From Opitutales bacterium (GTDB taxonomy: Bacteria; Verrucomicrobiota; Verrucomicrobiia; Opitutales; UBA953): DNA of 19,258 nt. Under the pieces are notes generated by a model, which searched no databases, was not told the DNA's origin, and worked only from the letters and a program-made list of their open reading frames with translations. The stretch spans positions 1 to 19,258 of the forward strand of contig JBBAUX010000006.1 of assembly GCA_040398005.1 (NCBI GenBank). The letters are read 5' to 3'. The translations under genes and the position numbers were made by a program. Below are positions 1-5,544 of the stretch, one piece after another (within the stretch, counting starts at the first letter, position 1; each line of letters opens with the position of its first letter).

Positions 1-5
1 TGCCC

Positions 6-56
6 ACCTGTCCCCTCAACTTGCGCCCCCTCAACCTGATCCCCTGAACCAGACCC
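6..56. repeat. Degenerate short tandem repeats resembling the REP arm (CCTG[T/A]CCCC-like)
   Basis: ACCTGTCCCCTCA / ACTTGCGCCCCCTCA / ACCTGATCCCCTGA / ACCAGACCC in tandem directly before the first intact repeat cluster. Confidence 0.45.
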
Positions 57-60
57 AAAA

Positions 61-168
61 GGGGTCAGACTACGACAACGGGGTCAGACACCATTAAAGG
101 GGTCAGACTACGCTGATGGTGCCTGACCCCGTTAATAGGGTCAGACTACGTCGACGGTGTCTGACCCC
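61..168. repeat. REP-like palindrome cluster 1: three 32-bp units at 38-bp period (61, 99, 137)
   Basis: Units 99-130 GGGGTCAGACTACGCTGATGGTGCCTGACCCC and 137-168 AGGGTCAGACTACGTCGACGGTGTCTGACCCC joined by GTTAAT. Unit 61-92 has its right arm inverted. Followed by TTTTT. Confidence 0.92.
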
Positions 169-195
169 TTTTTCGTTGGGGCTGATTTTAGCTTA

Positions 196-993
196 TTATT
201 TTCCGAATTTATTTTCAAACTTGCGAGTAGTCGTTGCGATCCATGGGTAATACTTCTTAGCAAATGTAAGTGCCGGAGTGCGAATCGTTGAAGGCATACC
301 CCAAAGAGCCTGACTGATGGAGCCGGCTATCGCTGCCAATGTATCGGCATCGCCACGTATCGAACAAGCAAAGCGCACGGCTTGCTCATACGATTGCGTG
401 CGAGTAGCAATCGCAATACATTCAGGCACACAGCCTTGGCAGGTTTCGTTGTAAACATGCTCACGGCGAATGACATCTAACTCAGGCAACGCACTATAAT
501 ATCGTTGTGCCACCCTTCTCACGGCCTCCGGGTCCTTGGTCGTTCTCGCCGCCCAAATACAGTGTGCCGTGGCCTGCGCACCGCGAATGCCTTCTTCATG
601 GGCATGTGAGTTAAGAGCCGTGAGCTCAGCATGCCTAAGCACATCCGATTCTTTATCATAGGCCCATGCGACCGGAGAAACACGCATGGCTGACCCATTG
701 CCGTACGAGTCACGCAGATCGTTAGCACCCTGAATCACCCAATCATAAAATCCACTACCCCAAGTAGGTCCAAGCGGTGGCTCACTCTTAGGGGATTCTG
801 AAAGCGTAACACCCTCTAAAATATAACGTTTATAATCGGTCGAACCATCCAGACACGCTTGGGCGATGGCGGTGGTAAGTATCGAATCATCCGTCGGACT
901 AGACGTAGCAACGAACAATTCGAAGTTTTCATCCTCGTTTTTTGAAAATTCGTGGACGGATCCAATAATATCTCCAGCGATAGCACCAAGCAT
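196..993 (-). CDS. ADP-ribosylglycohydrolase family protein (DraG/ARH3-like), 265 aa
   Basis: Family motifs: N-terminal MLGAIAGDIIGS, TDDS (metal-binding), SYGNGSAMRVSP, ETCQ and GDADTLAAIAG. Ends in tandem TAA TAA. Confidence 0.92.
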   Translation of the reverse strand: MLGAIAGDIIGSVHEFSKNEDENFELFVATSSPTDDSILTTAIAQACLDGSTDYKRYILEGVTLSESPKSEPPLGPTWGSGFYDWVIQGANDLRDSYGNGSAMRVSPVAWAYDKESDVLRHAELTALNSHAHEEGIRGAQATAHCIWAARTTKDPEAVRRVAQRYYSALPELDVIRREHVYNETCQGCVPECIAIATRTQSYEQAVRFACSIRGDADTLAAIAGSISQALWGMPSTIRTPALTFAKKYYPWIATTTRKFENKFGK

Positions 994-999
994 ACTAAT

Positions 1000-1027
1000 T
1001 CAATAAACCCTTCTAAATTATTTGCAA
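1000..1027 (-). promoter_or_regulatory. Putative sigma70-type promoter of the ADP-ribosylglycohydrolase gene (possibly leaderless)
   Basis: Minus strand TTGCAA-16nt-TATTGA-6nt-ATG. Confidence 0.35.
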
Positions 1028-1045
1028 CTCCACCCACCCAAAAAA

Positions 1046-1115
1046 GGGGTCAGACTACGTCAACGGTGCCTGACCCCGTTAATAGGGTCAGACTACGTCA
1101 ACGGTGTCTGACCCC
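1046..1115. repeat. REP-like palindrome doublet, cluster 2 (70 bp)
   Basis: GGGGTCAGACTACGTCAACGGTGCCTGACCCC-GTTAAT-AGGGTCAGACTACGTCAACGGTGTCTGACCCC, flanked by A6 and T5. 65/70 identical to 99-168 in the same orientation. Confidence 0.95.
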
Positions 1116-1172
1116 TTTTTCCTAAGGCATGCGTGATATTGTAACGATACTTTAAGAGGATGATCCTCGTGC

Positions 1173-2090
1173 ATGGCTAGAACTCTCAGAATAGAAAACC
1201 CCAACTCAGTCTTTCATGTGTTTTCGCGCGGAAATTATCGTCAACCGATTTTCCAAGACCCACAAGCTGCTCAAGTATTTTTAAAATTACTAGAGGAGAC
1301 AATCGTCCGAACAGATTGGCATGTGTATGCTTTTACAGTCATGCCAAACCACTTCCACATGGTAGTGAAGGCGCCCCGAGCCAATTTATCCCGTGGCATG
1401 CATTTACTATTAACCTCTTTTGCTCTTCGATTTAATGGTTTCCGCGATGAACACGGACATGTCTTTCAGGGCCGTTATCAAGCAAAGCGCACGCCAACCG
1501 GATTTGATGTCTCAAAGGTAATAGACTACGTTCATCTTAACCATGTACGTAAGGGTTTACTGAAGGTGGAAGAGCTACCACTCTCTAAACTTAGCAGTAT
1601 CTCACTATTATTAAATCCAAGTCGTCGCGGAGTGTATCGAGTCGAGGAAGGTCTTAATTTTATTGGCTACCCAGATAATTCAAAAGGATGGCAGGCTTAC
1701 TTAGAGCATATTCGCGGAGTATTTTTGAAAGATACCGATTCTAAGTTATTTGATTATGAGTGGGACGTAGCGATGAAAGCTGAGAAAATTTTGCTAGATA
1801 AAAATCCACAGGCTCTCGATAGGCCATCGGATTTACCATATGCGGAAATTATGAAATTAGATAAGGCGCATACCGAGCAGGTTATACAACGCTTGATAAA
1901 CGAAGCAGGAAAGAACGATACGGACCTAGTACTCGATCGTGGTGTCGTAGATTGGAAGCTCGAGTTAGCCATAAAGATCTTAGCAACTACAACCGCTTCC
2001 GTACCACACATTGCCCTAAGATTAAAAACCGGCGACCCCGGTAATCTTTTAAAGATAATCAAAAAACGGGGTCAGACACCGTCGACGTAG
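1173..2090 (+). CDS. REP-associated tyrosine transposase (RAYT/TnpA-REP; Y1 HUH, IS200/IS605 superfamily) with C-terminal helical extension, 305 aa
   Basis: MARxLRIE...FHVFSRGNYRQPIF, MPNHFH (HUH), GHVFQGRY and the catalytic Tyr in DYVHLN. The C-terminal WKLELA...TTTASVPHIALRL segment looks HTH-like. Flanked by palindromic repeats. Confidence 0.9.
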   Translation: MARTLRIENPNSVFHVFSRGNYRQPIFQDPQAAQVFLKLLEETIVRTDWHVYAFTVMPNHFHMVVKAPRANLSRGMHLLLTSFALRFNGFRDEHGHVFQGRYQAKRTPTGFDVSKVIDYVHLNHVRKGLLKVEELPLSKLSSISLLLNPSRRGVYRVEEGLNFIGYPDNSKGWQAYLEHIRGVFLKDTDSKLFDYEWDVAMKAEKILLDKNPQALDRPSDLPYAEIMKLDKAHTEQVIQRLINEAGKNDTDLVLDRGVVDWKLELAIKILATTTASVPHIALRLKTGDPGNLLKIIKKRGQTPST

Positions 2091-2137
2091 TCTGACCCTG
2101 TTAACGGGGTCAGGCACCGTGCACGTAGTCTGACCCC
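2068..2137. repeat. REP-like palindrome doublet, cluster 3 (inverted relative to clusters 1 and 2); likely also a bidirectional terminator
   Basis: GGGGTCAGACACCGTCGACGTAGTCTGACCCT-GTTAAC-GGGGTCAGGCACCGTGCACGTAGTCTGACCCC. A6 lies before it (2061-2066) and T6 after (2138-2143). It sits between convergent genes. Confidence 0.95.
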
Positions 2138-2141
2138 TTTT

Positions 2142-3098
2142 TTATTTGGGGGTGAGGAACCAGGAGCCGAGGTACAACCACAGGGGCGTGATGATTGGGC
2201 AGAAGGCCATCGTAAACACTGAGCAGCGCAATGCTATGGGTACATCCCCCTTGTACATTTCAACAATGAGAAAGCTGAATATCCCCGCGGGCATAGCGGC
2301 CTGTACGAGCATTACTTTTCGTAATTCAGGATCCTGTACAAAATAGGCAGCCACGACTAGCAACGCCACGGGTATAATTATCCAACGAGCTAAGATAATT
2401 CCTAAAGTGATTCTTCCTTCCGCAAAGAACTTATACCCTTTCATGGTTTCATGAAAATAAATCCCAGTGAGAATCGTCCCAACCGGAATCGCACACTGCC
2501 CTACCCAGTGTAAAATACCTGCCGTGAATGTCACCGGTGCAGCATCACCCCAGCCAATAAGATTAATGGTTAGCGCAATCACCAGCGACAGCGTCATGGG
2601 TTGCAGTAAATTCTTTAAACTACTCCAGCCCTTCTTGCCCGATAAATAGGCGACACCAAACGTCCACACAGCCGCTTCAACCCCGACATTGTGTACTAAT
2701 AAAACTCCGACGACATCTTGATCAAACAGCGCCGCGGTAATAGGAATACCGAGATAACCAAAATTATTAATGCCAGCAGAATACGCAAAAGTGCGCTTCG
2801 CGACCCCTTCTTCAAAACCCATTAAATTAGCCAATAGTCTTCCGATTAAAATTCCGCCCACAATCATGAAGAATCCAGTGCCGAGATACAGACCGGCCTG
2901 AGCGCTGGAATTCAAAAGTTTATTATTACAAACGCGGGAAAATATGAGCGCTGGAAAAAATACCCAAATCACCAAACGCATAATCGGTAAACGTGAAGCT
3001 GGGCCTAACCATTTACGACTCGCCATAAACCAACCGATTGCGACCAACAGACACACATTCAAAAGGGCCTGCGCAAATTCGATATTAAAGAAATTCAT
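2142..3098 (-). CDS. AEC (auxin efflux carrier)/malate permease family transporter, 318 aa
   Basis: About 10 hydrophobic segments. Family motifs VFFPALIF, NNFGYLGIPI, GQCAIP and QAAMPAG. Confidence 0.88.
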   Translation of the reverse strand: MNFFNIEFAQALLNVCLLVAIGWFMASRKWLGPASRLPIMRLVIWVFFPALIFSRVCNNKLLNSSAQAGLYLGTGFFMIVGGILIGRLLANLMGFEEGVAKRTFAYSAGINNFGYLGIPITAALFDQDVVGVLLVHNVGVEAAVWTFGVAYLSGKKGWSSLKNLLQPMTLSLVIALTINLIGWGDAAPVTFTAGILHWVGQCAIPVGTILTGIYFHETMKGYKFFAEGRITLGIILARWIIIPVALLVVAAYFVQDPELRKVMLVQAAMPAGIFSFLIVEMYKGDVPIALRCSVFTMAFCPIITPLWLYLGSWFLTPK

Positions 3099-3175
3099 TA
3101 GCAGACATAGCCCACCCTAGTCTGCACTGAGTTTAAAGAGTAAAAGTCCGCTTTATATCAGTATTTTTGGGTCGC

Positions 3176-3203
3176 TTGACTTATCAGCGTTTTCGGCGAT
3201 ACT
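3176..3203 (+). promoter_or_regulatory. Putative ssrA promoter
   Basis: TTGACT-16nt-GATACT about 50 nt upstream of the mature tmRNA 5' end. Confidence 0.4.
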
Positions 3204-3252
3204 TAAACAGTTCCTTCTCAGTCGACCCCGATTTTGTCGACGTAACCATTTC

Positions 3253-3620
3253 GGGGGTGTTCCGGATTCGATTCCCACCAAGATATCATGACGGCATGCA
3301 GAGGATGTCAGTTCCCTCTTAAATCCAACTGGCAGCATATAACTGCTAAAAACACAATCACGTTCGAGAACGGTAACGCTCTCGCACTCGCTGCTTAATT
3401 ACAGCGACGGACCCTAGGGCCTGACCTGTATCCCTAGATCAGTTCGGTTAACGCAGGCGATCCCCTCCTTTCGTCTCTATCTCCGGGGTAAGTGAGAATG
3501 AGAATAGGCCGCACGGATGCTCATCTCCAAACGCGGTCGAGATCAATGATGTAGCTACGCATGTAGAAGTTGCGACGTACGGGTAGGAAGACGTGGGTTC
3601 AACTCCCACCACCTCCACCA
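3253..3620 (+). ncRNA. ssrA: tmRNA (transfer-messenger RNA)
   Basis: 5' GGGGGTG..GGATTCGA; 3' T-arm GTGGGTTCAACTCCCAC then CACCTCC-A-CCA. The acceptor stem has the G3:U alanine determinant, and there is an internal tag ORF ending ALAA. Confidence 0.97.
3345..3398 (+). other. tmRNA proteolysis tag reading frame (A)AKNTITFENGNALALAA*
   Basis: Resume codon GCT follows ATAACT. 17 codons ending in LALAA, then TAA. Confidence 0.88.
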
Positions 3621-3626
3621 TTTGAT

Positions 3627-3657
3627 TCAGCTCATTCTCCACCAGGGAATGGGCTGA
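3627..3657 (+). terminator. Stem-loop downstream of ssrA (terminator or processing stem between convergent genes)
   Basis: TCAGCTCATTCTC-CACCA-GGGAATGGGCTGA: 13-bp stem with two G:U pairs on the + strand and no strong U-tract. Confidence 0.55.
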
Positions 3658-3672
3658 TGTCGTTTACCCAAA

Positions 3673-5205
3673 TTACATCTTCATATACATTTCCATCTTA
3701 CAATCATAACCGCCCAAGTCGACGATCTGACGATACACCCGACGCAAAGACTTATCCTTCGGCTCAACGCGCCCTGGATTCACAAAAATTAAGCGACCAC
3801 CCGGACGTAAGACCGCGCCCGCCACTCTAAACAGGTCTTCAAATAAGCCTTCTAAATTGGGCACGCGAACGCGACGACCCAAAGGCGGGTTGGAAATAAT
3901 GAGCGATACATTCCGCTTCTTTAATTCAGGAATGATATCAATATTTCGGAAATCGCTGGTGTAAAAGGCACCACGCACTCCGTCGAGTTTCGCTGCTGCA
4001 AAATTACCTTTCATCATCGCAATGGCCGAATCACTTAAATCCGTCCCCACGACGCATTTCACTTTCGCATGCATGGCCATCTCAATGAGTTCGAGGCCCG
4101 ATCCACAGAACGGATCCCAAACCATTTCTTGATCATCGGTTCCAGCCAATCTCGCCATACAAGCTGCGATAGGTGGATGCGATGCCGCGTTCACGGCCTT
4201 TAATCGATACGCTAAACGAGGATCAGGTGAAACGCGCGGACGGATTTCTGCAATCGTCGCACCGGGTGCTAAAAATACATCGAGCGACCACGGAGCTTCG
4301 CGCGCATCATTTAAAATCTTGGGATTAATTTTGAAAGCAGCCTGCGTTACTTTCTCCACAACCGCATCTTGGTTATCACTTCCCGAAAAAGCTAAACGGT
4401 AACGCCATGAGCCATCTGTAAAATGTTCCATCAATCGCTCCGTGAGCGGTGAGGCAATGACCTTGGCTAATTCATTAACCGCGTCAGGCGACTGCGGATC
4501 GCGCACGCGACCAATGTAAAAACCTACGGTATCAAAACATCTCAGTTGATAGATATCAGCCAAGCAAAATGGGGATTTGGCCGCTACTACGACGTGGCAA
4601 CCGCGAATTTCTAAGAGTTTAAATTTACCACCCTTCGCTTCGGCTTCTTTTACTTCTTCAGCTAAAATCGCTTCTAAACCACGGCGACAGCGAAGACTGA
4701 TTCTTAAAGTATCATAGCGATCCAAAACAGCATCCATGCGGATTTTGGCCGGACTCTCCTTACGCGCTACATTGGCACGAACCTTCTGTTCTGAAATCGG
4801 AAGAGCAGTAGTTCCACCGACGGCTTTTAAAGTTTCTTCACCTGCGATTTTTTCAAGAGCCGAACCCGCTTTCTTTTTTTCGCGTTCCACTGAACTCGTT
4901 TTCAAAATAGTGATAATTTCTTTTTCGGCTTCGACATCGCCACCCAGTTTAGGAATCGCCGCCATCGCGTAGCGACGAACCTTTTCGGAGGGATCGGACA
5001 GCAATGACTTCACCCAAGACTTCACTTCGGTTTTCTGTTTTTCGTTTTGGCTATTGGCAAATACGACACCGACGGCGCGGATGAGGGCGACCTGGCGACC
5101 CCGCTCCACCTGGCTCGCCTTGTTGAATTTGGGTACCTCGACGGTCCAAAGTTGGTCGGCTGACAACTCGCGGAGCCGGCGATACAAGTCATTATCAGCT
5201 TTCAT
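3673..5205 (-). CDS. HEAT-repeat + THUMP-like + class I SAM-dependent RNA methyltransferase (TrmN/RlmL-like, UPF0020), ~510 aa
   Basis: HEAT-like LLSDPSEKVRRYAMAAIPKLG, THUMP-region start LRCRRGLEAILAEEV, SAM motif WDPFCGSG and motif IV NPPLG. Start moved to ATG 5205 (MKADNDLY) because the upstream extension crosses the divergent promoter region. Confidence 0.8.
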   Translation of the reverse strand: MKADNDLYRRLRELSADQLWTVEVPKFNKASQVERGRQVALIRAVGVVFANSQNEKQKTEVKSWVKSLLSDPSEKVRRYAMAAIPKLGGDVEAEKEIITILKTSSVEREKKKAGSALEKIAGEETLKAVGGTTALPISEQKVRANVARKESPAKIRMDAVLDRYDTLRISLRCRRGLEAILAEEVKEAEAKGGKFKLLEIRGCHVVVAAKSPFCLADIYQLRCFDTVGFYIGRVRDPQSPDAVNELAKVIASPLTERLMEHFTDGSWRYRLAFSGSDNQDAVVEKVTQAAFKINPKILNDAREAPWSLDVFLAPGATIAEIRPRVSPDPRLAYRLKAVNAASHPPIAACMARLAGTDDQEMVWDPFCGSGLELIEMAMHAKVKCVVGTDLSDSAIAMMKGNFAAAKLDGVRGAFYTSDFRNIDIIPELKKRNVSLIISNPPLGRRVRVPNLEGLFEDLFRVAGAVLRPGGRLIFVNPGRVEPKDKSLRRVYRQIVDLGGYDCKMEMYMKM

Positions 5206-5212
5206 AGCGTTA

Positions 5213-5243
5213 AGTGTGTCGGACTGCTGGGCTGCGATGTCAA
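5213..5243 (-). promoter_or_regulatory. Putative promoter of the methyltransferase gene
   Basis: Perfect TTGACA starting 38 nt upstream of ATG 5205. CACACT -10-like hexamer 7 nt before the ATG (19-nt spacer). Confidence 0.4.
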
Positions 5244-5426
5244 GGGCGACCAAAATTATGGCACAAAGGAGATTTGAACTCAAACCTCTGCAAAGTGTCC
5301 TATTTATGCTAAAAAATGCACCATTTTTGGACAAAATATTTGCATCCAACCGGCCACGACTTGCCGACATCTCGCCCGAACGAACCAGCAGTGGAAAATC
5401 TAAAAATCTGCCCCTATAAGTTGCCT

Positions 5427-5457
5427 TTGACAGAGACCAATTATTGTTCACTAGATT
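5427..5457 (+). promoter_or_regulatory. Putative gltBD promoter
   Basis: Perfect TTGACA (5427-5432) and TAGATT at 5452-5457 (19-nt spacer, atypical). Confidence 0.4.
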
Positions 5458-5544
5458 CAATCCCCTTGCGGATTACCAAAGGGGGGTCTCACACACCAAT
5501 TTCATAAACCTGTCACCTCTTCGACACTTTCAAACATACAAGAA

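Larger units (their letters stand above)
1046..2137 (+). mobile_element. REPtron-like unit: RAYT gene bounded by inverted 70-bp REP doublets
   Basis: 1046-1115 and the reverse complement of 2068-2137 are 66/70 identical, and the HUH transposase gene lies between them. Confidence 0.75.

Noticed and set aside
61..168. CRISPR array interpretation of the 32-bp palindromic repeats
   Set aside because: Linkers are only 6 bp and nearly constant, there are no unique spacers or cas genes, and the adjacent HUH transposase explains the repeats.
1046..2137. Classical DDE insertion sequence with terminal inverted repeats and a target-site duplication
   Set aside because: The enzyme is HUH/Y1 rather than DDE, and no flanking direct duplication is evident.
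3221..3244. GTCGAC-N9-GTCGACGTA upstream of ssrA, resembling REP centres
   Set aside because: It lacks the GGGGTCAG arms, and the short match could be chance.
3153..3830. Short ORFs 3153-3338, 3448-3642 and 3570-3830
   Set aside because: They overlap tmRNA or the methyltransferase antisense and have no protein-like features.
5351..5365. Sigma54 promoter candidate CGGCCACGACTTGC
   Set aside because: GG-to-GC spacing is 9 nt, not the required 10.
5206..5460. 85-aa N-terminal extension of the methyltransferase ORF, and ORF 5316-5507
   Set aside because: They span the divergent promoter region, and a TTGACA promoter points to ATG 5205.
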